Of a stretch of DNA of 64,000 nt, positions 48,204 through 56,416 are shown in pieces. Position numbers and translations under genes: made by a program. Position 1 is the first letter of the stretch; the number at the start of each line of letters is the position of its first letter. Where the stretch lies: the NCBI GenBank assembly GCA_031082315.1, contig JAVHLC010000006.1, forward strand, positions 16,560 to 80,559, given 5' to 3'. The notes under the pieces are model-generated. The model had not been told where the DNA came from. It did no database searches and saw only the letters and a list, made by a program, of their open reading frames with translations. Origin of the DNA: Thermodesulfobacteriota bacterium. Its GTDB lineage: Bacteria; Desulfobacterota; QYQD01.

Positions 48204-49724
48204 GTGTCAACACTGCTGCTGATTGATGACGAAGAAGGCATAAGGAAGGTTTTATCCCTTTCATTAAGGAAAGACGGGTATCAGGTGCTAACGGCGGAAA
48301 ATGGCGGGAAAGCTCTGGAAGCGTTCCGTCGTAATCTCCCGCGGGTTGTTTTGACCGATATAAAGATGCCCGGCATGGATGGCATTGAGGTCCTGAAAAT
48401 AATCAAGCAGATCGAACCTGATACGGAAGTGATAGTTATTACGGGACATGGTGAGCTGGAATTAGCCATCCAGGCCCTCCAGCTTGGGGCTTCTGATTTT
48501 ATCACCAAACCGGTAAGCGATGAGGCCCTTTCCATTGCCCTTAAAAGGGCCGAGCAGAAGCTGGAGATGAAACGGAGGCTCAAAGAGTACACCCATGACC
48601 TGGAAAGTATGGTAAAAGCGGCCACAGATGAGTTGAGGCGGAGATATGAATTTGAGGATAAGCTTATCCAGGCATCTATTGATGGCATAGTGGCTACCAA
48701 CGAGAAGGGCAGTGTACTAATTTTCAACGAGGGGGCCTCAAGAATATTCGGTTATTCCCGCCTGGAGGCCATAAGGGGAATGGATATAGAGGACCTTTAT
48801 CCGGCAGAAATCGCTCGGGAGATCAAAGAAGGATTATATGGCAGAAAATACGGAGAAGAACATATTTTCAGGTGGAAAGAAATAAATGTCAAGGCTAAAG
48901 ATGGTCAGGAGATGCCGGTAAGGTTTTCCGGCGCTATACTGTATGAAAAAGAGGAAGTAGTGGGCAGCGTCGGCTTTTTACAGGATTTAAAAGAGATTAA
49001 ACGGTTGGAGCAGGACCTGATCGAGTCGGAAAGGCTGGCTGCCATAGGCCAGACCGTGGCCGGCCTGGCCCATTGCGTTAAGAATATCTTATACGGGCTT
49101 AAGGGGGGGGTTTATGTGGTAAATACCGCCTTTAAGAGTAATAACCCTGAACAGCTAAAGACCGGCTGGGATATGGTTAACCGTAATATCGGCAAGGTCT
49201 CTGATCTGGTTATGGATTTGCTCAATTATTCCAAAGAACGCGAACCCGACTACCAGAGATGTTTTCTAAATGCCATTGCCGGTGAAGTCTGTGACCTTAT
49301 GGAGCTAGCGGCTCAAGAGGTCGGCGTAAAAATAATTCGTAATTTTGACCAGGCTATTGGAGAGGTAGCTTTAGATCCAAAGGGAATACACCGCTGTGTG
49401 CTCAATTTGGTCTCCAACGCCATTGACGCCTGTCATTTCGACCTTGACAGGAAAAAGGATTGCGTTGTAGAAGTAAAGACAGCCCTTGAGGATAAGGATA
49501 CAGTGGTGATTGAGGTCTCTGACAATGGCTGTGGTATGGATGAGGAGGTCAAGAACAAGATTTTTACCTCTTTTTTTAGTACCAAGAGTGGCGCAGGCAC
49601 CGGATTAGGACTGCTTGTGACACAGAAGATAATCAAGGAACACGGTGGAACCATCACTGTGGAATCGGAGCCTGGGAAAGGGTCAACTTTTGCCATTCGC
49701 CTTCCATTGAGAGAAAACGTCTGA
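48204..49724 (+). CDS. hybrid response regulator-histidine kinase (REC-PAS-HisKA-HATPase)
   Basis: GTG start 1 nt after the preceding stop. The REC is closely paralogous to that of 44152..46029. PAS domain (IDGIVATNEKGSVLIFNEGASRIFGY), H-box AGLAHCVKN, and ATPase boxes (NLVSNAIDA, DNGCGM, GTGLGL). Confidence 0.9.
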   Translation: MSTLLLIDDEEGIRKVLSLSLRKDGYQVLTAENGGKALEAFRRNLPRVVLTDIKMPGMDGIEVLKIIKQIEPDTEVIVITGHGELELAIQALQLGASDFITKPVSDEALSIALKRAEQKLEMKRRLKEYTHDLESMVKAATDELRRRYEFEDKLIQASIDGIVATNEKGSVLIFNEGASRIFGYSRLEAIRGMDIEDLYPAEIAREIKEGLYGRKYGEEHIFRWKEINVKAKDGQEMPVRFSGAILYEKEEVVGSVGFLQDLKEIKRLEQDLIESERLAAIGQTVAGLAHCVKNILYGLKGGVYVVNTAFKSNNPEQLKTGWDMVNRNIGKVSDLVMDLLNYSKEREPDYQRCFLNAIAGEVCDLMELAAQEVGVKIIRNFDQAIGEVALDPKGIHRCVLNLVSNAIDACHFDLDRKKDCVVEVKTALEDKDTVVIEVSDNGCGMDEEVKNKIFTSFFSTKSGAGTGLGLLVTQKIIKEHGGTITVESEPGKGSTFAIRLPLRENV

Positions 49725-49774
49725 TGTATGAAGGCCGGAGGATAGAGTCTTTAAAAAACACAGGAGGATATATT

Positions 49775-50167
49775 ATGGGGAAAAAGGTGCTTGTTGTAGA
49801 TGATGACGCTGATGTGAGGACATTTGTTACCACTGTTGTTGAGACAAACGGCTATACGCCTATTGTGGCGACAAATGGTGAAGAGGCGATGGCCAAGGTA
49901 AGGGGAGATAAACCGGATTTGATAGTTTTGGATGTCCTAATGCCGCGGGAGAGCGGGATCAGGATGTACCGTGAATTGAAAACAGACGATGCGTTAAAGA
50001 CCATTCCGGTAGTCATCTTATCCGGGATTGCCAAACGGACCTTCCTCCGCTCTCAGGCCGCGCTGACAGAGTTCGGTGGACAGGCCGTGCCTGAGCCGGT
50101 GGCCTATCTGGAAAAGCCGGCAGAGCCGGAAGAACTGGCGGGGACAATAAAAAAGATATTAGGCTAG
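49775..50167 (+). CDS. single-domain response regulator (CheY-like)
   Basis: AGGAGG 6-7 nt upstream of the ATG. KVLVVDDDADVR, LIVLDVLMP and YLEKP, with an insertion before the KP motif. Confidence 0.9.
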   Translation: MGKKVLVVDDDADVRTFVTTVVETNGYTPIVATNGEEAMAKVRGDKPDLIVLDVLMPRESGIRMYRELKTDDALKTIPVVILSGIAKRTFLRSQAALTEFGGQAVPEPVAYLEKPAEPEELAGTIKKILG

Positions 50168-50188
50168 AAGGTAATTATTTTTTTAGAG

Positions 50189-50228
50189 GGGCCCGGGCAC
50201 TCAATCATAGAGTATCCGGGCCCTTTTA
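50189..50228. terminator. possible bidirectional terminator between the response regulator and usp
   Basis: GGGCCCGG ... CCGGGCCC stem (19-nt loop), flanked by a T-run on each side. Confidence 0.45.
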
Positions 50229-50233
50229 TGTTA

Positions 50234-51100
50234 TTATGGAACGAGGAGGGTGGGTAAATCCAATCTTTCTGCTGCTTCGTGTGAGACACTGCCTAACCAC
50301 CTTGCTCTCCAGGCGCCTTTTCCGGTTGTCCCGGTGACAATCATAGTGGCGTCGAGCTCGCGGGCCGCAGTTTCTATTTGGTCCACGACTTTTCCTACGT
50401 AAAGGTGGGTATCGGCCTCAATCTTGGCCCCTTCAAGGGTCAGGCGAACCTCTTCCAGCCGCTTTTTGCTTTCCTTCTCTATCTTTTGCAGCTCTGTCTT
50501 AGAGCGCCCTTCCATATCTTTTTCGGTCAGGATATGTATAATCTCTGCTTTCTTTATTATGTTTTTTAGCCCCAGGAGGTATTCTATCGCCCTGGCACAG
50601 GGGGCAGACCAATCTGTGGCCAAGAGGGGCTTCTCGAAGGGGGCCTTATTGATCTTGCCGTCTTTGGTCATGTATTTATGGACCAGGACAGGGACAGTGG
50701 TCCTCCGGAGAAGTTCCAGGGTCTGGGAGTCTATATAGAGCCCCTTCATTTTGGCCTTTTTGTGGCGACCGGTGACAACAAGATCTACTTTTTCGACCTC
50801 TGCCGTGGACAAGATCTTTGGGACCGGATCACCCACTACGACGTAGGCGCCGCATTCCATGCCCATTTCAAACAGGCTTTCCGCCCAATTGATAAACCGG
50901 ACATTGGCCATTTCTTTGAGTTTTAGTTCTTCACTCTTAAGATAGCCGGTTCCCCGGCGCATGGCCACCTTTTCTCTCTCTATTACATGTAAAAATACTA
51001 CGTGATTAAGACCCACCTTGCGAAGATCCATCAGCGACTGAAGGGCATCAAACCACAATTCCTCGAAGTCGGTTACGAAGAGTAGCTTCTTAATTTGCAT
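50234..51100 (-). CDS. tandem universal stress protein (2 x UspA domain)
   Basis: Two USP domains, each ending in the ATP-binding-type motif (VVTGRHKK..., IVTGTTGKGAWRARWLGSVSHEAAERLDLPTLLV). GGAGGA precedes ATG 51100. Confidence 0.88.
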   Translation of the reverse strand: MQIKKLLFVTDFEELWFDALQSLMDLRKVGLNHVVFLHVIEREKVAMRRGTGYLKSEELKLKEMANVRFINWAESLFEMGMECGAYVVVGDPVPKILSTAEVEKVDLVVTGRHKKAKMKGLYIDSQTLELLRRTTVPVLVHKYMTKDGKINKAPFEKPLLATDWSAPCARAIEYLLGLKNIIKKAEIIHILTEKDMEGRSKTELQKIEKESKKRLEEVRLTLEGAKIEADTHLYVGKVVDQIETAARELDATMIVTGTTGKGAWRARWLGSVSHEAAERLDLPTLLVP

Positions 51101-51377
51101 ATTCACACATCCTCCCCTGTAAAGATAAAAAACGTTTTGCATTTTGGCCTACAAACAAGCCGCTTGTCAAGATTTATGTTTATGTTTTCTGAAAATATTT
51201 TCGTGCACTGCGTAACTCGATGGTTCGCACCTTGATTTTGATGAATTCGTAAAAATCGTAATTCCCCTCGCCCGGCGAGGGAGAGGGAGTTTACGAGACC
51301 TTTTACGAGACCATCATTTTTGGTATTGAGATGGCTCTCTTGGATAAAAGATACATACTGTACAATAAAAACACAGA

Positions 51378-51402
51378 TTACTGTACGATATTTATACAGT
51401 AA
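51378..51402. promoter_or_regulatory. candidate upstream activator site (perfect inverted repeat)
   Basis: TTACTGTA-N9-TACAGTAA. Related half sites are ACTGTACA at 51357..51364 and TTGTACAC near 51459. The site is about 170-220 bp upstream of the sigma54 promoter candidate. Confidence 0.4.
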
Positions 51403-51566
51403 TTTAGTATTTAAAATACAAGGATTATCCAAATAAAGAAAATTATGGTGTATTAAAATTGTACACTAATGTCCGAAGGGTTTATTAGTTCTCAGCATCA
51501 CAATTAACGGATTTTTGTTAAGAATAACAGCAGGATGAAATAATGGGCTGAGTTGTATCCTGGTTT

Positions 51567-51582
51567 AGGCATAGAAGTTGCT
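51567..51582 (+). promoter_or_regulatory. candidate sigma54 (-24/-12) promoter for the usp-mrp transcription unit
   Basis: aGGCATagaagTTGCT against consensus TGGCACG-N4-TTGCW. GG and GC have the correct 12-nt register. About 150 nt upstream of GTG 51729. Confidence 0.5.
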
Positions 51583-51728
51583 GTATTTAACAACGCGAGA
51601 TTAAGCTTAAATTATTTTTATCGGCAGATAAGGGGCCAAACTTAAATATTTACTTTGGCCGGGGCGGGGTATAACTGGATGATGTGGCGCTTAGGGTTAT
51701 GCTATGAGCCAGAATTCGGAGGATTAAT

Positions 51729-52508
51729 GTGGCATTAGAGAGATTGCTTTATGCGACAAACCTTGGCGAACCCAAGAGTAGTTTATTGGAGTCGCTGCTG
51801 GAGACCACAAAGGTGGGGCTGCGAGAGGTGGTGTTCCTCCATGCCGGAGGAAAAATTATGGCCGAACGCTATTCCCAGGAGTGGCAACCGCGGTTGTCCG
51901 GCTCGGGGGCTAAGGTTTGGGCCCATGGGGAAGAAGGGAATCTTGTTGCTTCCATCTTAAGAGCGGCCGCTGGTAATAGTTTTTCGCTTGTGGCGGCAGA
52001 GTTTAGCAGTGATGGCACAAGAGCGGTTTCCAGGCGTGACAGCAGGCGTCTCGTTAAAGGTCTGACCGTACCCGTTTTGATAGCCAGGCGAGCGAGGGAA
52101 ATGGCGCAGCCTCCGGCTGCGGGGGTCTTTGATCACCTGGTTTTTGCCACTGACTGGTCGCCGGCCTCAGAGCGGGCGGCCTCTTTTATCCAGGGACTTA
52201 ACGGCCTGGCGAAGGAAATGGATATCGTGAATGTTATTCAAAAGAAGCTGACCGTGGGTGAGATGCGGGGGCTTAAGAAAAAGCTCCAGGACACACGCCG
52301 GATATTTTCTTCTCAGGGGATAGACGCGGAATTTCATATCTACGCCGGCCGGACGGCTGAGGAGATTATGCTGGCGGCACGGGATTATCATGCCACGCTG
52401 ATCGTCATGGGAAACAGCCGGAAGGCCGCTGTACGGAAGATCTTCCCGGGCCGGACGGTATATAAGGTAGCAGAGGAAACGACGGTACCGGCATTATTTA
52501 TTCCTTAG
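51729..52508 (+). CDS. tandem universal stress protein (2 x UspA domain)
   Basis: GGAGGA 6 nt upstream of the GTG. The second domain carries IVMGNSRKAAVRKIFPGRTVYKVAEETTVPALFI. Confidence 0.85.
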   Translation: MALERLLYATNLGEPKSSLLESLLETTKVGLREVVFLHAGGKIMAERYSQEWQPRLSGSGAKVWAHGEEGNLVASILRAAAGNSFSLVAAEFSSDGTRAVSRRDSRRLVKGLTVPVLIARRAREMAQPPAAGVFDHLVFATDWSPASERAASFIQGLNGLAKEMDIVNVIQKKLTVGEMRGLKKKLQDTRRIFSSQGIDAEFHIYAGRTAEEIMLAARDYHATLIVMGNSRKAAVRKIFPGRTVYKVAEETTVPALFIP

Positions 52509-52523
52509 ATTTAACCACAGACA

Positions 52524-52541
52524 GAGCATAGCGCTATGTTC
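52524..52541. promoter_or_regulatory. 18-bp near-perfect palindrome between usp and mrpE
   Basis: GAGCATAGC|GCTATGTTC (one mismatch). Function unknown; it could be an operator or an RNA hairpin. Confidence 0.3.
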
Positions 52542-52593
52542 TCCGTGATTAAGTTTTTGACAATACGTTAGGACAAACAAAGGAGTAAAAGGC

Positions 52594-53313
52594 ATGGAAG
52601 TGACGGTCTTAATACAGGCTACAGACGAGGCCTTTAAGATCATAGAAGAGGCCAGAAATCGTGCCTTGGACGTACTCAATACCTCGGTTAGATTTACGGC
52701 CGAGGCCAAGGTCCTTGAGGAGAAGAAGGTACAGGACATCTTTAAGGGGGCGGAGCGGACAAAATCCGAGGTCCTGAGCTTTCTGGCCACCTTTGCCTTG
52801 TTGTTCTTTCCCTTCTGGATGCCGCTTTCCGGGTTCTTTGATGTCTTCCACCTCAGCATCGGGGTGGGTTGCTGTGCCTTGGTGGCCTATATATCCCACG
52901 ACCTCCTCTTTGTTAATGTCCGGGTGGGGGATATGCGCACGATAGTAAAGAGGTTTTTCGCCTATATCCCCTGGTTGCTATACCAGATCTATCTGGCCAG
53001 CGTCCACGTAATCAAGATTGTTTTGAAGCCCAAGATGCCTATAGATCCCCGGATAATAAGGTTTAAGACAAAATTGCAAACCGATATCTCGATGGTAACC
53101 TTTGCCAACTCCATAACCCTTACCCCGGGTACTATCACCGTAGAGATAAAGGACGGCGAGTACTACGTGCATGCTATCGATGAAGAGGTGGCCTATGACC
53201 TTCTCTACGGCGGTGAGATGGAGGACAGGGTGGCCCATGTCTATATGGAGGCGGAGCATGTCTATGTCCAGGATGTATTGGATGTGGCCCGTATATATGG
53301 GGCTTTGAGATAA
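52594..53313 (+). CDS. mrpE: Mrp/Mnh antiporter subunit E homologue with N-terminal extension
   Basis: MnhE core: IPWLLYQIYLASVHVIKIVLKP ... VTFANSITLTPGTITVEI. It is preceded by a ~60-aa charged helix and extra TM segments not usual for MrpE. Confidence 0.85.
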   Translation: MEVTVLIQATDEAFKIIEEARNRALDVLNTSVRFTAEAKVLEEKKVQDIFKGAERTKSEVLSFLATFALLFFPFWMPLSGFFDVFHLSIGVGCCALVAYISHDLLFVNVRVGDMRTIVKRFFAYIPWLLYQIYLASVHVIKIVLKPKMPIDPRIIRFKTKLQTDISMVTFANSITLTPGTITVEIKDGEYYVHAIDEEVAYDLLYGGEMEDRVAHVYMEAEHVYVQDVLDVARIYGALR

Positions 53314-53353
53314 AGATGGAAACGATGTGACTTAAGCAGGAGGCGGTAGAGAA

Positions 53354-53806
53354 ATGATAATAACCTACGAGGATATAATTATAAGGACCCTTACCCGGGT
53401 GCTGGCGCCGTTTTTACAGCTCTATGCCCTCTATGTTATTGCCCATGGGCACTACAGTCCGGGCGGCGGATTCCAGGGAGGCGTTATACTCGCGGCCAGT
53501 TTTATCCTGATGGTCATTTCTTTCGGGCTGGATATGGCCAGGAGGCGGTTGTCTGAAAAGGTCGATATCATATTCCTCTGTCTCGGACTTTTAATTTATT
53601 CAGGGACCGGGGCCTTATGCCTGGCCCTGGGCGGAAATTTTCTGGATTATAGAGAGCTGACAAAAATCCTGCCCGTAACCATAGCGAGAGCCAGGGCCCT
53701 CGGTATTCTGTTTGTGGAGACAGGCGTCGGCTTTGGCGTCATGGCCGTTATGACCTCTTTGGTCTATGATATTTCCACCGGCGGGTTGCCGCCTGAACGC
53801 AGGTAA
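53354..53806 (+). CDS. MnhB-domain membrane protein (C-terminal half of MrpB, MbhF-like)
   Basis: Signature AHGHYSPGGGFQGGVILAA followed by TM helices. Confidence 0.85.
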   Translation: MIITYEDIIIRTLTRVLAPFLQLYALYVIAHGHYSPGGGFQGGVILAASFILMVISFGLDMARRRLSEKVDIIFLCLGLLIYSGTGALCLALGGNFLDYRELTKILPVTIARARALGILFVETGVGFGVMAVMTSLVYDISTGGLPPERR

Positions 53807-53867
53807 TAACAGGTAATAAATAGAACACCGGGAAGAGCAAGGGCGGAAAGGCACAGGGAAGGGCATC

Positions 53868-54824
53868 TTGGAGATTGAAGACATCCAGAAACAATCTATA
53901 AAAATGCAGCAAGTCTATAACATGATCTTAAATCTTGCTCCAACGGATGTTACTGTTCTGATCCAGGGAGAAGATGGGACAGAAAAGGAATGGGTGGCTG
54001 AGGCTATCCATGCCCATAGTTCCCGGAGAGACAAGGCATTCGTGGTTATTAATTGTGCCGCTTATCCGCGTTCCTTATTGGATGACGAACTATTTGGCTA
54101 TGAAAAACGTATAAGTAAGGGCGCTTCACATCACAAAAAAGGGCGATTGGAAAGGGCCGATGGCGGCACCGCCTTCTTAAATGATATTGACGAGGTACTC
54201 CCCTTATCTCAGGTCAAACTTCTAAAATTTCTGGAAACGATGGAATTTGAAAGGCCGGGGGGACGGGGGAAGGTACGGGTAAATGTACGTATGATAACGG
54301 CCGCGGATAAGGATCTAAAAGAGGAAGTGGAGAAGGGGACATTTAATGAAGAGCTGTACTACCGCCTCAGCATTATAAATATATATATCCCGCCCCTGAG
54401 ACAGAGAAAAGAAGACATACCTTTCTGGGTTGAATATTTTATGGAGCGGTTATCCGGTGAGGGTAAAGGTGTCATCAAAAAGATTACCCCCAAGGCCATG
54501 CAGTTTTTGATGGATTATTCCTGGCCCGGCAATGTCAAGGAGTTGGAGAACACCATCCAGTATGCTTATCTCACGACGCGAGACGAGCTTATTGACCAGG
54601 ATGATCTCATCCCCAGACTGCGGAATGAAGTGACCAGAGAAGAGGGGAAGGGGGTAATCTCATTCGAGGATAACGAGAAAAGATTTCTGCTGAAGATGTT
54701 GAGGGAAGAAAACTGGAACAAGCTCCAGGTGGCCAAAAAACTCAAGATCAGCCGAAGTACCCTATATGCCAAGCTAAAGAAATACAATCTGGTAAGCAAA
54801 CCCTCGTCAGTAGCAGAGGTGTGA
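53868..54824 (+). CDS. truncated sigma54-activator paralogue (AAA+-HTH only) with degenerate ATPase and sigma54-contact motifs
   Basis: Colinear with aa ~330-625 of 44152..46029. Walker A is GEDGTEKE, the GAFTGA position reads KRISKGAS, Walker B is FLNDIDE and the R-finger context is FNEELYYRL. The [23 protein letters not shown] is conserved. The TTG start is uncertain (ATG 53904 is an alternative). Confidence 0.85.
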   Translation: MEIEDIQKQSIKMQQVYNMILNLAPTDVTVLIQGEDGTEKEWVAEAIHAHSSRRDKAFVVINCAAYPRSLLDDELFGYEKRISKGASHHKKGRLERADGGTAFLNDIDEVLPLSQVKLLKFLETMEFERPGGRGKVRVNVRMITAADKDLKEEVEKGTFNEELYYRLSIINIYIPPLRQRKEDIPFWVEYFMERLSGEGKGVIKKITPKAMQFLMDYSWPGNVKELENTIQYAYLTTRDELIDQDDLIPRLRNEVTREEGKGVISFEDNEKRFLLKMLREENWNKLQVAKKLKISRSTLYAKLKKYNLVSKPSSVAEV

Positions 54825-54863
54825 GGGTAAATACAAAAACGTAATGTTCTACGGGGTGTCACT

Positions 54864-55139
54864 ATGATCGATATGCAGCGATTCTTTATGGGCGTGAGCA
54901 TTGCATTATTGTTTCTGGCATTCCTTTGCCTCTACCGGGCTATCTGGGGGCCCCTTATAACGAACCGGATAGTAGGCGTGGGGGCCATCGGAACCAAGAC
55001 CCTGATTGTTTTGCTCCTTATGGGTCTCATATACGACCGGCTGGATATGTTCGTGGATATCAGTATTGTTTATGCGCTTCTGAACTTTATCGGCACCCTG
55101 GCTGCGTCCAAGTATCTTGAAATGATGGGAGAGGTTTGA
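54864..55139 (+). CDS. mrpF: Mrp/Mnh antiporter subunit F
   Basis: Three-TM ~90-aa protein. LYRAIWGPLITNRIVGVGAIGTKT and LLNFIGTLAASKYLE are typical of MnhF/PhaF. Confidence 0.85.
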   Translation: MIDMQRFFMGVSIALLFLAFLCLYRAIWGPLITNRIVGVGAIGTKTLIVLLLMGLIYDRLDMFVDISIVYALLNFIGTLAASKYLEMMGEV

Positions 55140-55141
55140 GA

Positions 55142-55504
55142 ATGGATACCATGACCATAGGATCGATACTGACCGCGATTTTTCTTTTGTTGGGTTTGCT
55201 TTTCTTCACCGGGGGCACCATCGGGCTCTTACGCCTGCCTGACTTCTATTGCCGTATGCATGCCACGGGCAAGAGTGATACCCTGGCAGTTCTCTTATGC
55301 CTCGTCGGTCTAGCCATCTACAATGCTTTTGCGGGCAACTTTGCGCTACCCTATATCCTGGTGAGCATAAAGATTATCTTTATCGCTATCTTCTGGTTTC
55401 TGGCCGGCCCCGTATCCACCCATGCCCTATATAGAGCCGCCTTTAGATGTGGTGTCAAGCCCTGGACCTTGGATAATCAGTTTAAGGAGGTAGATAAAGA
55501 ATGA
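55142..55504 (+). CDS. mrpG: Mrp/Mnh antiporter subunit G
   Basis: GTIGLLRLPDFYCRMHATGKSDTL is the MnhG signature. ATG 55142 is preferred over the TTG at 55136 that overlaps the mrpF stop. Confidence 0.88.
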   Translation: MDTMTIGSILTAIFLLLGLLFFTGGTIGLLRLPDFYCRMHATGKSDTLAVLLCLVGLAIYNAFAGNFALPYILVSIKIIFIAIFWFLAGPVSTHALYRAAFRCGVKPWTLDNQFKEVDKE

Positions 55505-55746
55505 TAGTCCCACTGGATATTATACTGCTTGTCTTTGTGGTAATAACCGGTATTGCGGCCCTACAGATAAAAGATCTTTTGGGCGCTACGATTATCCTCG
55601 GGTCCTTCAGCTTCTTCATGTGCCTTATTTACACGGAGATGGGGGCGGTGGATGTGGCCTTTACCGAGGCCTGCGTGGGGGCTGGTGTGGGCACCGTCCT
55701 GTTTATCGCCGCAGTCCATAAGACGAAAAGGAGGGCGAAAGATTGA
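55501..55746 (+). CDS. DUF4040/MbhD-like membrane subunit
   Basis: 81 aa with two to three TM segments. The pattern AALQIKDLLGATIILGSFSFFMCLIYTEMGAVDVAFTEACVGAG matches the MrpA C-terminal/MbhD module. Shares a 4-nt overlap with each neighbour. Confidence 0.8.
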   Translation: MIVPLDIILLVFVVITGIAALQIKDLLGATIILGSFSFFMCLIYTEMGAVDVAFTEACVGAGVGTVLFIAAVHKTKRRAKD

Positions 55747-56036
55747 AAGCGTTTGCTTTGCTCACGGTAATCATAACCGGTGTCATGCTCGTATACGGGG
55801 CAGAGGATTTTCCCAGGTGGGGCGACCCGGATCAGCCGGGCAGCGTGCACGTTTCGCCCCGTTATACCCAGGGTGCATACATAGAGACGGGGACTCCGAA
55901 TATAGTTACGACGGTGGTTGCTGATTACCGGGGCTATGACACCATGGGGGAGACCACGGTTATCTATACGGCCGGGATGGCCTGTATCCTGATGTTACGG
56001 AAGAAAAAGAGGGGCGGGGGAGAAAACAATGCTTGA
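55743..56036 (+). CDS. MnhB N-terminal-type subunit (MbhE-like)
   Basis: NIVTTVVADYRGYDTMGETTV is the DYRGxDT(L/M)GE signature of the first half of MrpB. TTG start overlaps the preceding stop. Confidence 0.8.
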   Translation: MKAFALLTVIITGVMLVYGAEDFPRWGDPDQPGSVHVSPRYTQGAYIETGTPNIVTTVVADYRGYDTMGETTVIYTAGMACILMLRKKKRGGGENNA

Positions 56037-56415
56037 GTACATCATCAGTAAATATAACTACTGGGTCTATATCTTTCTGATGATGCTTGGCCTCTACGGC
56101 ATGATCGGGAAGAGGAATCTGGTAAAAAAACTTATAGGTATGAATATCTTTCAGGTGGCGATAATCCTCTTTTATATTTCTATCGGGTCCAAGGTGGGGG
56201 GCGACATCCCTATACTGACCGCGGAGGACCTCCACGGTATGGCCGATCCCGGTAAGTACCTGAACCCAATACCCCACGTCCTGATGCTTACCGCCATCGT
56301 GGTGGGTATCGCCACAACCGGAGTGGCCCTGGCCATAATAATCATGATTTATAACCGGTATAAGACCCTGGCTGAGGATGAGATATTAGAGATTCGTAAG
56401 AAAACTGGAGCCTGA
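56029..56415 (+). CDS. mrpC: Mrp/Mnh antiporter subunit C (NuoK-like)
   Basis: Three-TM NuoK-like protein (GLYGMIGKRNLVKKLIGMNIFQVAIILF, VLMLTAIVVGIATTGVALA). Confidence 0.88.
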   Translation: MLEYIISKYNYWVYIFLMMLGLYGMIGKRNLVKKLIGMNIFQVAIILFYISIGSKVGGDIPILTAEDLHGMADPGKYLNPIPHVLMLTAIVVGIATTGVALAIIIMIYNRYKTLAEDEILEIRKKTGA

Positions 56416-56416
56416 G

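Noticed and set aside
51103-51432. 109-aa ORF on the minus strand within the usp-usp control region
   Set aside because: It is AT-rich and low in information, overlaps the repeat and the UAS-like palindromes, and has no SD or family signal. The region is better explained as regulatory DNA.
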